Below, piece after piece: positions 63,970-64,000 of a stretch of 64,000 nt of DNA (the first letter of the stretch is position 1; each line of letters begins with the position of its first letter). The notes beneath the pieces were generated by a model. The model was given only the letters and a program-made list of their open reading frames with translations. It ran no database searches and was not told the DNA's origin. The DNA is taken from assembly GCF_964204865.1 (NCBI RefSeq), contig NC_135252.1, forward strand, positions 3,224,001 to 3,288,000, given 5' to 3'. Source of the DNA: Styela clava. Taxonomy: Eukaryota. Position numbers and translations under genes: made by a program.

Positions 63970-64000
63970 GGACTATATTCATGTGTCATGTTTATGTAAT

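Overview
AT-rich, intron-containing animal genomic DNA, not prokaryotic. A tunicate/ascidian-like invertebrate chordate is my inference from gene content, short introns and repeat types. I reconstructed seven spliced protein-coding genes by hand and checked intron phases at each junction: (1) an orphan 288-aa coiled-coil/basic protein on the minus strand, whose upstream region is duplicated at the window start; (2) a BK-channel beta/TipE-like two-TM protein with an unusually long NPF/DPF/PDZ-motif tail; (3) a 20-exon adhesion GPCR (~1167 aa) with a GC-AG intron, an unrecognised N-terminus and a ~190-aa third intracellular loop; (4) CDC40/PRP17; (5) a 104-aa Cys-rich plus Lys-rich microprotein whose 3' end probably overlaps that of CDC40; (6) a GPI-type Ly6/uPAR protein with tandem EGSG glycosaminoglycan motifs; (7) STPG4, apparently nested antisense in an intron of SFSWAP and carrying an AAA-TAA +1 frame break in its first coding exon. 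The 3' part of an eighth gene, SFSWAP, is also present. Introns and intergenic DNA are packed with non-autonomous transposons: hAT/Charlie elements with 8-bp TSDs, Merlin-like MITEs carrying TTAGGG motifs, Helentron/DINE-1-like elements, a tRNA-derived SINE family and a Tc/mariner MITE. I found no rRNA, true tRNA or CRISPR arrays. All family names come from my recall of motifs, not from database searches.
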